From: Spirochaetota bacterium
GTDB lineage: Bacteria; Spirochaetota; UBA4802; JAFGDQ01
Direction of reading: 5' to 3'
Assembly: GCA_043803405.1 (NCBI GenBank)
Contig: JAZDKB010000018.1
Span: forward strand, 1-64,000
DNA: 64,000 bases
In this document: piece by piece, positions 43,134-53,311 of the stretch
How the letters are laid out: each line of letters begins with the position of its first letter
Numbering within the stretch: position 1 is the first letter of the stretch
Notes under the pieces: generated by a model
What the model was told of the DNA's origin: nothing
Seen by the model: the letters and a program-made list of their open reading frames with translations, nothing else
Databases searched by the model: none
Position numbers and translations under genes: made by a program

Positions 43134-44033
43134 ATGATAGCGCTAAAAAAACAGGTAATGTCATTCGCAGTAATAACTGCAGCAATGCTTATAGCTTTTT
43201 CTGGATGCGGCAAAAAGGAGGCCAATGAAAAGGCTGTTGTTACGTTTGTTCTGGGCGAAGTTACAATACAGCGCAAAAGCGATATTCGTAAAGCTGAAGT
43301 ACGCGATGTGTTAACCGACGGGGATATTGTTGTGACCGGAGAGAAATCGTACATTGTTGTCCAGATGGGAGACGCTCTTGTGTTCAGAGTTGAAGCTGAA
43401 TCGAAAATGGAAATCGGTTCTATAACCGAATACGGCAAAAACGAGCTTAATTTAACCGAAGGCCTGGTATTGTCAAAACTTGCAAAACTTAAGAAAGGCG
43501 AGCAGTATATCATTAAAACTCCCACTGCGACTGCATCTGTGCGCGGCACTGTTTTTTTTACGGAATATAATAACAGCGTCGCTAAAGTGGCTGTTGCCGA
43601 AGGCAAAGTAAACATAAAGCATTTATCTTCGGAAAAGGAAACCCAGGCTGAGGCAGATGCTGCTGCTGTGGTTACGGACAGTATAAACACTCGAAAAACT
43701 GATACTGTTGAAAAGCTTATCCTGCGGAAAATTCAGGAGACTGCAGTGATTGAAAATATAAATTCTATAGGCAAAGAGCAGCTTGAAAATGAAGGTAACA
43801 GGATATTCGAGAATGATATCCGCATTGATAAAAAAATAGATAAGCTTCTGAAAAAATCGATGACCCTTGATGAAATAAAATCCGAATACGGCAGGGTTGA
43901 TGTTGTAAAGCTTTATACAGGCAAAATTTACAGAGGCGCAATCTTATCGCGCGGAAATAAAGTAAAGATGATAACTCCTGATGGGACAATCGAAATAGAA
44001 TCAAAAAGCATTAAACAAACAGGATCGCGTTAA
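43134..44033 (+). CDS. FecR-domain lipoprotein (LipL45-like)
   Basis: Lipobox FSGC; AVVTFVLGEV and TPTATASVRGTVF motifs. Confidence 0.85.
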   Translation: MIALKKQVMSFAVITAAMLIAFSGCGKKEANEKAVVTFVLGEVTIQRKSDIRKAEVRDVLTDGDIVVTGEKSYIVVQMGDALVFRVEAESKMEIGSITEYGKNELNLTEGLVLSKLAKLKKGEQYIIKTPTATASVRGTVFFTEYNNSVAKVAVAEGKVNIKHLSSEKETQAEADAAAVVTDSINTRKTDTVEKLILRKIQETAVIENINSIGKEQLENEGNRIFENDIRIDKKIDKLLKKSMTLDEIKSEYGRVDVVKLYTGKIYRGAILSRGNKVKMITPDGTIEIESKSIKQTGSR

Positions 44034-44051
44034 AGGAGAGAGTGCCGGCAA

Positions 44052-45479
44052 ATGAAACTTACTTACAGCAAAGCGGCAATTATCATACAATTAATTTTGT
44101 TGCTTTTTTATGCCGGTGATCTTTTCGCTGAGTATATTTTTCTGAAGGACGGAAAGATAATTCAGGGAACCATAGTTGCGGACGAAGCGAATATAATTGC
44201 CGCAAAGGTCGGGGCCGAAACAAAAAAATACAGGCGCGCGGATATTATCCGCATACTTTATACCGATCTTACAATGGGCAGGGTTTACATTCAGAAGCGC
44301 GACGGCACAAGTGTTATTGCGTATATTGTGGATGAAGACAGGGCAGGTTATGTTTGCAGAAAGGAACTGTACGCTCCTGCCGAGTTCACTCTGAAAAGAA
44401 GCGACGTGCTTTTTGTCGCTGAGAAAAATCCGTCCGGCCTAAAGGGCGAAGCTGACATGACTTTTGTAAAGCTTGCCTGGTTCCCGCCTTATGACCCTGT
44501 AAGCGTGTATAATATTTACATGAAGACAGGCAGGCGCGGCAAATACGAAAAGGCCGGCAATGCTTCAAAAAAAGAAATTATAATTGAAAACCTTAAAAGC
44601 AATACCGAGTATTATTTTATTGTAAAGAGCGTTGACCGCGACGGTTACGAATCGTCGCCGAGCAATGAGCTTAAGATTACTACAAAGAACATTCCTCCGC
44701 TTCCGCCTAAAGACAGCTTTACTGAAGCAAAGCCGGACGGCAATTTTCTTTTAACATGGCCTTCGGCAGTTGATCCTGACGGAACAATAAAGGGATACCA
44801 CCTGTATAAAATACTTAACATGAAAACATCTTTTCTGGCTATTGTATCGAAAACGGCATATACGGTTTCCGCTAAAGAAAAATTCGACCGTATTTTTATT
44901 AAAAGCTTTGATAACCTGAATACAGAGTCGCTCGACAGCACCCCAACATACTTTGGCCCGCGCCCGGAGATCAATATCGCGGTGCAGCCGATTTACGCTA
45001 TGCCTATGCAGAATTTTAAAAAGGCCGCTGAATATGGCTACGGTGTTACCTTGCGCTGCGGTATGTCGAATTACTATTTCACAGGGCTGGATTTGAAACT
45101 GGAGGCTTCGTACATTTATTTTAAAGGCAAGGATGGTTTTGCAACGCCGGAAAACTCGGTTGATAGCATAGTCCTTGTTCCTGTCCTTTTTTCCGCAGGT
45201 TATTCGTTATATCCTTTCAAAGCCCTGCGGATTTCGCCTGCTGTGTATGCGGGTATATGCTATGTTCAAACCAGATACACTTATTTTGACATTCCGTCGT
45301 CTGCAAAGAAAACAGTTACAGACAAAGCATACGAGCCTGTTATAGGCGCAGGGATTTCAGTGCGCTGGGACATTGCGCCGTGGTTCTTTGGAGTGTCCGG
45401 CGACTACAGGTATATTTTCGAAGAGTCGAGGAAGATCGCTTTCTGGACAGTCGGGCCGTTTGCGGGAATGAAGTTTTAA
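44052..45479 (+). CDS. Secreted protein: two small beta domains + fibronectin type III + C-terminal outer-membrane beta-barrel
   Basis: IFLKDGKIIQG; L.SNTEYYF.VKSVD.DG.ES.PS (FN3); alternating beta strands ending ...GMKF. Confidence 0.8.
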   Translation: MKLTYSKAAIIIQLILLLFYAGDLFAEYIFLKDGKIIQGTIVADEANIIAAKVGAETKKYRRADIIRILYTDLTMGRVYIQKRDGTSVIAYIVDEDRAGYVCRKELYAPAEFTLKRSDVLFVAEKNPSGLKGEADMTFVKLAWFPPYDPVSVYNIYMKTGRRGKYEKAGNASKKEIIIENLKSNTEYYFIVKSVDRDGYESSPSNELKITTKNIPPLPPKDSFTEAKPDGNFLLTWPSAVDPDGTIKGYHLYKILNMKTSFLAIVSKTAYTVSAKEKFDRIFIKSFDNLNTESLDSTPTYFGPRPEINIAVQPIYAMPMQNFKKAAEYGYGVTLRCGMSNYYFTGLDLKLEASYIYFKGKDGFATPENSVDSIVLVPVLFSAGYSLYPFKALRISPAVYAGICYVQTRYTYFDIPSSAKKTVTDKAYEPVIGAGISVRWDIAPWFFGVSGDYRYIFEESRKIAFWTVGPFAGMKF

Positions 45480-45492
45480 AGAGGTAGTAGAG

Positions 45493-47064
45493 ATGAAAAA
45501 GATATTACTTGCTGTAATTACAGCTTTGTTGATCGGATCGTGTACGGACGCCATCAACGACTTGATTGACGAGCTTAACGCTGGAGTGCCGATATGCGTT
45601 GTTCAAGGGAACACTGCATCTAATCCGGACGGACGCGGGTGGGCGAATGCGTATCCTTCGATTGAAGCCGCACTGACAAGCGACAGAGCACAGGATGGAG
45701 CAGAGATATGGGTGAAGGCAGGGACGTATACTTTATCAACTCCAGTTACCATTTCCAAGTCTGTATCAATTTATGGCGGATTTAACGGCACTGAACAGAG
45801 TCGAATCGGAAGAAGCATAAATAACAATTTAACAATAATAAATGGATCCGATCCAAATTTTGTTTCTATTGGAAGTTCGGCAATAGGAAAAGTGATATTA
45901 CTCGATTGTTTTACCTTAACTGGATATCATATAGATATGACAGGGGATGGAGTTTCCGGTCCTACGATGACTATAAATAATTGTAAATTTGATAATATTA
46001 GTGTCACTTCCTCTGTTGATGGAGGAGCGTTAAGAATTGTCGAAAAAGCTTCTTTAAATATTTCGCAATGCTCGTTTAATAATTGTTTTGCAGGCAGCGG
46101 TGGAGTAATTTACGTAAATAATGGGGCTTCAATAATAATGTCAAATTCTGATTTAAGTGGAAATCATGTTGGTCCCGGATATTCCGGTGGGGCGATTTAT
46201 GCTCAGAATGATAGTAACATCCGGATTTCAAACTGTACTTTTACAAATAATTCAGCAGCTATTAATGGTGGAGCAATTTACGCAATAAGCAATTCAATTG
46301 TAACTATTTCAAATTCTTATTTTACCGGCAATCAGACATCCTCTGGAAATGGAGGTGGAATATACAACAGCAGTACAGAAGAGTTAAAGCTGAGTAATTG
46401 TAAGTTTAATGACAATAGGTCAGGTAATCACGGCGGAGCTTTATACTCTTCTTCATCTTCTGGAAAAACAACAATCAGCGCATGTACGTTTAATGGCAAT
46501 GGAACGGACGATGGTAATGGCGGTGCTGTGTGTCATTTGACAATTACTAATTTGTCTATTGTTAATTCATGGTTTTATGATAATTCGGCAGGTGATGGTG
46601 GTCAGGGTGGACTTGGCGGAGCTCTTTATGTGGCAGATGGAGATTCACATAGCTTCGTCAATTTAGCTTTTTTTGGGAATTCAGCAGAAAATAATGGTGC
46701 CGGGATTTACTTTGATGCTGGTAGTCATACAGTATATAATTCTGTAATTTATAACAATCCTGATATAGGAGCAATTCGATATAATATTTATGCAAACACA
46801 GCAACTTCTTCACTCTGGTATTGTTTTTATGATGGCGGATTAACCGGGACTACCATTGGCGCAGGCTGCATCAATTCTATAACCTCTCCCTTTGTAAGCA
46901 CTGATGAGAATAATAGTTACTTTCTCTATCCAAATGAAACTTCAGGCGTTCGTAATTCGGGATTAAGCACGATTCCCGGTTACACAATGCCAGCTACTGA
47001 TCTTGCCGGCAATCCGCGCATTACCGGACTTACTGTCGACATAGGAGCGTACGAGGCGCAGTAA
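45493..47064 (+). CDS. Lipoprotein adhesin-like right-handed beta-helix with Pmp-type GGAI/FxxN repeats
   Basis: Lipobox IGSC; DG.GWANAY and IWVKAGTY; repeated F..N....GGAIY; C-terminal DLAGNPR...VDIGAYE (choice-of-anchor Q-like). Confidence 0.85.
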   Translation: MKKILLAVITALLIGSCTDAINDLIDELNAGVPICVVQGNTASNPDGRGWANAYPSIEAALTSDRAQDGAEIWVKAGTYTLSTPVTISKSVSIYGGFNGTEQSRIGRSINNNLTIINGSDPNFVSIGSSAIGKVILLDCFTLTGYHIDMTGDGVSGPTMTINNCKFDNISVTSSVDGGALRIVEKASLNISQCSFNNCFAGSGGVIYVNNGASIIMSNSDLSGNHVGPGYSGGAIYAQNDSNIRISNCTFTNNSAAINGGAIYAISNSIVTISNSYFTGNQTSSGNGGGIYNSSTEELKLSNCKFNDNRSGNHGGALYSSSSSGKTTISACTFNGNGTDDGNGGAVCHLTITNLSIVNSWFYDNSAGDGGQGGLGGALYVADGDSHSFVNLAFFGNSAENNGAGIYFDAGSHTVYNSVIYNNPDIGAIRYNIYANTATSSLWYCFYDGGLTGTTIGAGCINSITSPFVSTDENNSYFLYPNETSGVRNSGLSTIPGYTMPATDLAGNPRITGLTVDIGAYEAQ

Positions 47065-47068
47065 GATA

Positions 47069-47216
47069 TCTGAACCGGGATTCGCAGGATTAAAGGATTA
47101 GCATGATCTGGCGTGTCTTTATGCGGTAGCTTGTTTGCTGTTGAACGATGGATGATAGCTGGACGTGGTTTGCAGAAATCCCGGCAATCCTTTAATCCTA
47201 TGAATCGTGGTTCAGA
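47069..47216. repeat. Repeat family C, full palindromic copy
   Basis: 31-bp arms tctgaaccgggattcgcaggattaaaggatt / aatcctttaatcctatgaatcgtggttcaga with 4 mismatches. Confidence 0.9.
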
Positions 47217-47259
47217 CAATATTTCCGGTTCAGACAATAAATTAAAGGTAAAATATTCA

Positions 47260-47649
47260 ATGAAGCACAGTGAGCTTACTGAAAAAATTATTGGCTGCGC
47301 TATGGAAGTGCATAAGGCTCTGGGTAATGGCTTCCAGGAAGTCATTTATCAAAGAGCGCTTGCTATTGAGTTTGCCTGTAAGGGCATATCCTTTGAAAGA
47401 GAAAAAGAAATGCCTATATATTACCGCGGAGAGAATATCGGCACGCGCAGGGTCGATTTTTTTGTAGAAAATCTTGTTATGCTGGAGCTTAAAGCTATTA
47501 CCACTCTTGAAGACGTCCATCTCGCACAGGCGCTTAATTATCTGGAAGCATATAAAATGGAGATAGGGTTACTGATTAATTTCGGTTCCAGAAGTCTGCA
47601 GTTTAAAAGGCTGCATAATAAAAAGATGAACCGGGATTCGCTGGATTAA
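47260..47649 (+). CDS. GxxExxY protein (PD-(D/E)XK nuclease-like)
   Basis: IIGCAMEVHKALGNGFQEVIYQRAL, R.DF.VE...LELK and QALNYL motifs. Confidence 0.93.
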   Translation: MKHSELTEKIIGCAMEVHKALGNGFQEVIYQRALAIEFACKGISFEREKEMPIYYRGENIGTRRVDFFVENLVMLELKAITTLEDVHLAQALNYLEAYKMEIGLLINFGSRSLQFKRLHNKKMNRDSLD

Positions 47650-47752
47650 GGGATTAGCATGATTTAGCGTGTCTTTATATGGTAGCTTGTTTGCTGTTGA
47701 ACGATGGATGACAACCGGGTGAAGTTTGCAGAAGTCCCGGCAATCCTTTAAT
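47627..47752 (+). repeat. Repeat family C copy overlapping the GxxExxY stop codon
   Basis: Direct repeat of 47071-47196. Confidence 0.88.
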
Positions 47753-47886
47753 CGATAATAATTTGCTGCCTATATTTTTGTTTCTTTTCAAAAAGAATCG
47801 TTAAGTAGATCAATCGATCTACCGATGCAATTAATAGGTCAGAACTTATGTTCAAGGAGGAACTGCTATGACCTATGGAGATATCT

Positions 47887-48057
47887 ATGAATAAAGAGCA
47901 TCTCATGAACAAGGATGAGCGTGAGATAAAACAGAAAAAAACAATCCAGCGCTCCTCAAAAATCGAGGAATTCAAGCAAAAAATTTCAGACGATCTTTAT
48001 CTGGATCACGCGATTAACAAGATCGCTTCCGACTTATCCCGCTATCTGACAAAGTAA
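47887..48057 (+). CDS. Small protein resembling the FlgM C-terminus
   Basis: RSSKIEEFKQKI...Y....INKIA..L pattern; GGAG RBS; sigma28-like TAAG-N15-ACCGATGC at 47802-47828. Confidence 0.5.
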   Translation: MNKEHLMNKDEREIKQKKTIQRSSKIEEFKQKISDDLYLDHAINKIASDLSRYLTK

Positions 48058-48109
48058 AGAAGATGCGGTTGGGATAATCGGGGGCTTTTATATTTAGAAT
48101 TAGTGAATT

Positions 48110-48181
48110 TGTCATTTCGAAGAGCAACTGAGAAATCCGTAATTTAGAAATTTAGATTTTTCACATTAGTTCGAAATGACA
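48110..48181. repeat. REP-like GTCATT...AATGAC palindrome
   Basis: tgtcatttcgaa...tgagaaatc / gatttttcac...ttcgaaatgaca. Confidence 0.8.
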
Positions 48182-48280
48182 GGCTCTAAATAATTCGATA
48201 AAATTATTGAGCAGAATAATAATTTTATTAAACACTATTTAATCCTAACGAATTAAACGGCCCCCGATTATATATTAATT

Positions 48281-49372
48281 ATGGCAGATAAACAAGAATC
48301 CTTATCCAAAATAATAGAAGATAAAAGATTAAGACTGCTTTTTTTCGGTATTCTTACGGCAGTTTTTATATTAGTAATATATATATTCAGATCATTTGTC
48401 TGGCCTTCATTGCTTGCGCTGGTTCTTTATATTTCACTAAGACCTCTGTTTAATTTTTTATTGAAATACTTCAAAAATAAATCATTATGTTCATCAATAG
48501 TGATCTTTTCCATATTAGTGTTTGTTATTTTCCCTCTGTTCTTTATACTTTTAATGCTCGCTGACCAGGCCTACGAATTTTATCAATATATTCAGCATCA
48601 GTTTAAAGCCGGGGTATTCAATGAAATTTTGCAAAGCAACATAATAATAAAAGAAATACTCGACTATATTGACATCAGCCACATTGATCTTTCAAAACAG
48701 ATTTTCGATTTTATCAGTAAAACATCCATGAATATTTTTTCCAATGTGTCCGCAGTTATAACGTTTTCAATTAATTTTATCATCAGTCTTTTCCTTATGC
48801 TTTTAATTCTTTTCTTCCTGCTAAAAGAAGGAGAAAAGCTTTCTGCAGGACTCTACAATAATCTTCCTTTCCCTGAAGATCTGGAAAAGGACGTTGTCCA
48901 CAGGTTAAATGATGTAATAAGAGTGCTGGTAGCAGGCAATTTATTTATTATGATTTTACAGGGGATGGTCCTTGGTATAGGTTTCTGGGCTAGTGGCTTA
49001 AGTGCGCCGCTTTTATGGGCTACCTTAACCTCAGTGTTATCGCTTATACCCGCTGTCGGTACAGCTATTGTCTGGGTTCCTGCTGTAATATATTTATTCG
49101 CAAAAGAATCATATATAAGCGGGATTTTACTTGGATCATGGTGTCTTCTCGGATATTTAATTCTGGAGAATGTGGTTAAGACCAGAATGTTCGGCAAAAG
49201 GCTGAATTTTCATCCCCTGGTATTTTTCTTTCTGCTTATAGGAAGCCTTAATACTTTTAATTTGCTGGGAGTAATAATTGGCCCGGTACTTCTAAGTCTA
49301 TTCTTTTCTTTATGGGAAATCTATAAATTGCTTGATAAATATCGGGCTGATAATAGAACAAACCAGAAATAA
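48281..49372 (+). CDS. AI-2E family transporter
   Basis: Multiple TMs; FFLLKEG, IPAVGTAIVWVP and G.IIGP motifs. Confidence 0.9.
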   Translation: MADKQESLSKIIEDKRLRLLFFGILTAVFILVIYIFRSFVWPSLLALVLYISLRPLFNFLLKYFKNKSLCSSIVIFSILVFVIFPLFFILLMLADQAYEFYQYIQHQFKAGVFNEILQSNIIIKEILDYIDISHIDLSKQIFDFISKTSMNIFSNVSAVITFSINFIISLFLMLLILFFLLKEGEKLSAGLYNNLPFPEDLEKDVVHRLNDVIRVLVAGNLFIMILQGMVLGIGFWASGLSAPLLWATLTSVLSLIPAVGTAIVWVPAVIYLFAKESYISGILLGSWCLLGYLILENVVKTRMFGKRLNFHPLVFFFLLIGSLNTFNLLGVIIGPVLLSLFFSLWEIYKLLDKYRADNRTNQK

Positions 49373-49482
49373 TTTTTTAATCTCGCCCTTGCAAAGGTCA
49401 ATGTAATAGTTTCTTTCGCTGAAAACAAGCCATGTTAAGATTAAAAAATTACTATTTATGAATTATTGAAGGAGCAGGTTTT

Positions 49483-50748
49483 ATGATATCCGCATTAGAG
49501 AAATATGATCCTCAGATATATGAACTGATTAGACAGGAAGAAGCCAGGCAGAGCGGTTCCATCAGGCTGATACCGTCGGAAAATTACGTATCGCAGGCTG
49601 TAATGATAGCTTCGTCAAGCTGTCTTACAAATAAATACGCTGAGGGCTACCCTGGCAAAAGGTATTACGAAGGCCAGCAGGTTACGGATCTGATAGAGAC
49701 TATCGCGATTGCGAGGGCAAAGAAAATATTCAAAGCAGATCACGCGAATGTGCAGTCATATTCCGGCTCTGTTGCGAATCTTGCAGCATATAATGCTTTG
49801 ATTAAGCCGGGTGAAACCATAATGGGTCTGTCATTATCCAACGGCGGGCATCTGACCCACGGCTGGAACGTAAGCGTTACAAGTAAATTTTACAATTCGG
49901 TACAATATACGGTAGATGCTGCTACAGGAAGACTGGATTACAACCAGATTGAAGATATGGCAAAAAAGCATAAACCGCGGATCATAATTTCGGGCGCGAC
50001 TGCGTATCCGCGCGAGATCGATTTTAAAGCTTTCGGCGAAATAGCAAAGAAAGTCGGAGCATATCACGTAAGCGACATAGCGCATATTTCCGGGCTAGTT
50101 GTAGCAGGCATTCATAACAGCCCGGTACCCCACGCTGACATTGTTTCCACAACCACGCATAAAACGCTTCGCGGGCCAAGAGGCGGCATGCTGTTATGCA
50201 AACAGGAGCACGCAGACAAAGTCGATAAGTCCGTGTTCCCCGGAGTTCAGGGCGGGCCGCACATGCATACCATAACTGCTCTTGCCGTTGCTCTTGCTGA
50301 AGCAGATACAGCGGAGTTTGTCGAATACGCAAAACAAATAAAAAAGAACGCGAAACGCCTTGCCGAAAAGCTTACCGGCTATGGCTTTAACCTGGTGAGC
50401 GGCGGAACTGACAATCATCTGATTCTCATTGACCTCCGGAATAAAAATATCCCAGGCAAAAAGCTTGCCAAGGCTCTTGACAGGGCACGTATTGTTACAA
50501 ATTACAACACTGTGCCTGGCGACACAGCGACTGCTTTCAATCCAAGCGGAATAAGGCTGGGCACTCCGGCTGTTACGACGCGCGGCATGAAAGAAGACCA
50601 GATGGACTTTATAGCGCAGTTTATCAGCAAAGTCGCGGACAACGTTGACAATGAAAAAGTAATAGAAGAAGTCGGTAAAGAAGTGCTGCTGCTTTGCTCG
50701 CAGTTCCGGGTTCCTGAGCATTTCCATATTCCCGGCGTGGATCAGTAA
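49483..50748 (+). CDS. glyA: Serine hydroxymethyltransferase
   Basis: LIPSEN, NKYAEGYPG.RYY, GGHLTHG and TTTHKTLRGPRGG motifs. Confidence 0.98.
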   Translation: MISALEKYDPQIYELIRQEEARQSGSIRLIPSENYVSQAVMIASSSCLTNKYAEGYPGKRYYEGQQVTDLIETIAIARAKKIFKADHANVQSYSGSVANLAAYNALIKPGETIMGLSLSNGGHLTHGWNVSVTSKFYNSVQYTVDAATGRLDYNQIEDMAKKHKPRIIISGATAYPREIDFKAFGEIAKKVGAYHVSDIAHISGLVVAGIHNSPVPHADIVSTTTHKTLRGPRGGMLLCKQEHADKVDKSVFPGVQGGPHMHTITALAVALAEADTAEFVEYAKQIKKNAKRLAEKLTGYGFNLVSGGTDNHLILIDLRNKNIPGKKLAKALDRARIVTNYNTVPGDTATAFNPSGIRLGTPAVTTRGMKEDQMDFIAQFISKVADNVDNEKVIEEVGKEVLLLCSQFRVPEHFHIPGVDQ

Positions 50749-50803
50749 AAGCAGGCAATAAATTACCGGAAGTCATTTCAAAAATTTACTTATATACTTA
50801 AAT

Positions 50804-50928
50804 AAATCGGGATACTTCACAATATTTACTCCGGAATCAGGCCCTCCTGGTCAGTTTTTCATGTTTTCGAAAGCTATTGCAACAGGCCTGAAAGGCGTCC
50901 TCATAAATATTGTGAAGTATCCCGATTT
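50804..50928. repeat. Palindromic element family A, copy 2
   Basis: Perfect 25-bp terminal inverted repeat; interior similar to 10141-10214. Confidence 0.85.
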
Positions 50929-50985
50929 TTGTCAGTTATTCATCTAATAAATTAATATTTTTAAGGTGTGTTCTATTTATTAATT

Positions 50986-51531
50986 TTAAGGGATTTTACT
51001 TCCGGGAAATATTATATACATATCGATTTTATCGTCGCCTTTATCGTCAACAACAGCAATGCCGTTGCTGAAAAAATATATAATATCTTTACTGCCGTTA
51101 TCCTTTTTAAGTATATGCAGGTTTTTATTCCCGTAGCTGAAAATAAAATAATCGACGCCCCTGCTGATATCAACAGAATCAATTGTAACTCTCTGCCCGT
51201 TTAATCCTGCAATAGCGCACACGGTATTCGAATTTAAAAAAAATATCGCCTTTTGAAAATTATAATAATATATCTTATCAAAAATAATTTTAACAGGAGC
51301 GCTTATTTTAAAGACATCGCTGAAAAGTTCTTTTTTTTCTTTCAGTTCTGAAATTTTATCAGGATATCCTTTCAACGCAAGAAGATCGTCGTTTGTCTGG
51401 TTAAGCAGTATATTCTCTGCTCCAAGTCCGGGCGCGATCAAAGATTTATCGTTCTTAATGCCAAGAGTATTATTGTTTTCGGCAGCAACTGCCGAAAGAG
51501 TTATCATACATATAATTATTAAGCTTTTCAT
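50986..51531 (-). CDS. Hypothetical secreted protein
   Basis: Signal peptide, 181 aa. Confidence 0.7.
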   Translation of the reverse strand: MKSLIIICMITLSAVAAENNNTLGIKNDKSLIAPGLGAENILLNQTNDDLLALKGYPDKISELKEKKELFSDVFKISAPVKIIFDKIYYYNFQKAIFFLNSNTVCAIAGLNGQRVTIDSVDISRGVDYFIFSYGNKNLHILKKDNGSKDIIYFFSNGIAVVDDKGDDKIDMYIIFPGSKIP

Positions 51532-51651
51532 TATGGTTCAGCAGCAATTATATTTTAAATATGTTGAAATAATTCACAATTCTGTTTATAATTTATAACG
51601 CTTTTTTAATGCATGTCTATCTATTTTCCGAATTAATTACAGGGAGATTTT

Positions 51652-52659
51652 ATGAAAATACTGGTTACCGGGGGAGCAGGCTATATAGGAAGCCATACAT
51701 GCGTGGAGCTTTTGAACGCAGGATATGAAATCATCGTTGTTGATAATCTGAGCAACAGCAAGGAAGAGTCGCTGAAAAGAGTAAAAGAGATCACAGGCAA
51801 AATGCCGGAGTTTCACAAAACCGATCTCCTGGACAGGGAAGCCTTGCGTACTGTTTTTGCCAAAGCAAAGATTGATGCTGTGATACATTTTGCAGGCTTA
51901 AAGGCTGTCGGAGAATCCGTGCAGATACCGCTAAGGTATTATCACAACAACATTACAGGCACACTGATGCTCTGTGAAGTAATGAAAGAATTTAACGTAA
52001 AGAACATTGTGTTCAGTTCTTCAGCCACTGTTTACGGCGATCCTCACAAGGTGCCGATTACAGAAGATTTTCCGCTGTCTGCTACAAATCCGTACGGCAG
52101 GTCCAAGCTTATTATCGAGGACATTCTACGGGACCTGTATGTATCGGACAACCTGATGAACATTGCGATACTGCGCTACTTTAACCCGGTCGGTTCGCAT
52201 AAGAGCGGGCGCATCGGCGAGTCGCCGAACGACATCCCGAACAACCTTATGCCCTACATTTCGCAGGTTGCTGTTGGCAAGCTTTCAATGCTGAGCGTTT
52301 TCGGCAGCGATTACCATACGCCGGACGGCACAGGGGTGCGCGATTACATACACGTTGTGGATCTTGCTATTGGGCACCTGGCAGCGCTTAAAAAACTCGA
52401 CGCAAAGTCCGGAGTTGTTACGTATAATCTGGGCACTGGCAGGGGATACAGCGTGCTCGACATGGTAAAGGCGTTCGAGAAAGCCTCCGGGAAAAGCGTA
52501 CCGTACAGGATCACCGGCAGGCGTCCGGGCGACATTGCAGCGTGCTATGCCGATCCTTCTAAAGCAAAAAACGAGCTGGGGTGGAGCGCGGTACGGGATA
52601 TTGATGAAATGTGCGCTGACACATGGCGCTGGCAGTCAGCAAACCCGAACGGGTATTAG
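51652..52659 (+). CDS. galE: UDP-glucose 4-epimerase
   Basis: [23 protein letters not shown] and LRYFNP motifs. Confidence 0.97.
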   Translation: MKILVTGGAGYIGSHTCVELLNAGYEIIVVDNLSNSKEESLKRVKEITGKMPEFHKTDLLDREALRTVFAKAKIDAVIHFAGLKAVGESVQIPLRYYHNNITGTLMLCEVMKEFNVKNIVFSSSATVYGDPHKVPITEDFPLSATNPYGRSKLIIEDILRDLYVSDNLMNIAILRYFNPVGSHKSGRIGESPNDIPNNLMPYISQVAVGKLSMLSVFGSDYHTPDGTGVRDYIHVVDLAIGHLAALKKLDAKSGVVTYNLGTGRGYSVLDMVKAFEKASGKSVPYRITGRRPGDIAACYADPSKAKNELGWSAVRDIDEMCADTWRWQSANPNGY

Positions 52660-52731
52660 ATACTATCTCTGAATCAATTTATATTATTAAAAAATTGAAC
52701 AGAAAATTTCTGATTCTTATATATAAAATTT

Positions 52732-52998
52732 TTATTCGGGCTTCCTGTAATAAAATACCAGAAAAATCTGTATTGCTACCATAACTGCATTAAGTGCGTA
52801 TAAATAAATCACATAATCCATACTGTACAGCAATTTATGAATTATTCCGCTGACATATCCCACAACAATAAATAAATAAAATGTTACGCTTAATCCCTTA
52901 ACGTTTTTAGTTTTCAAAGTCCTGGCTATCGCGAACGGCCACGAAATCCCGAAGCATATAAGCATAACAAGTTCAAATATGGTTTTTTCTAAATACAT
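52732..52998 (-). CDS. PQ-loop/SemiSWEET-like small membrane protein
   Basis: Three TMs; CFGISWP....T.K.K..KG.S. Confidence 0.75.
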   Translation of the reverse strand: MYLEKTIFELVMLICFGISWPFAIARTLKTKNVKGLSVTFYLFIVVGYVSGIIHKLLYSMDYVIYLYALNAVMVAIQIFLVFYYRKPE

Positions 52999-53311
52999 TG
53001 TTTATATTTTTTTATGATTTATTTATTCTCATTAGACAGCAGCTGTGTTCAGCGGGATATCCTGCAATCCTATCACATTCAATTCTAAAAAAATTCTTCT
53101 ACTCACAATTTCAAACATAACAGTGTACTGCTATAAAATATAGTCAATGTCCTTTTTAATATGTCAGTAATTTTTTATAAGCTGTCTTAAAATTGTATTG
53201 CTTAATAAATAAACAGGCGATATTTACATGATTATAAAACAAAAAAGCCTGCTCTTTGATGGCAGCAGATTATCTGCAGCATGATCGATATCACTTTAAG
53301 ATAAAAAAAGC

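Noticed and set aside
47113..47259. N-terminal extension of the GxxExxY ORF
   Set aside because: Read-through of the palindromic repeat; family-like sequence starts at ATG 47260.
36176..47752. Complete DGR cassette (RT, Avd, template repeat)
   Set aside because: No reverse transcriptase ORF and no AAC-rich non-coding copy of the variable region was seen in the window; only target-like genes are supported.
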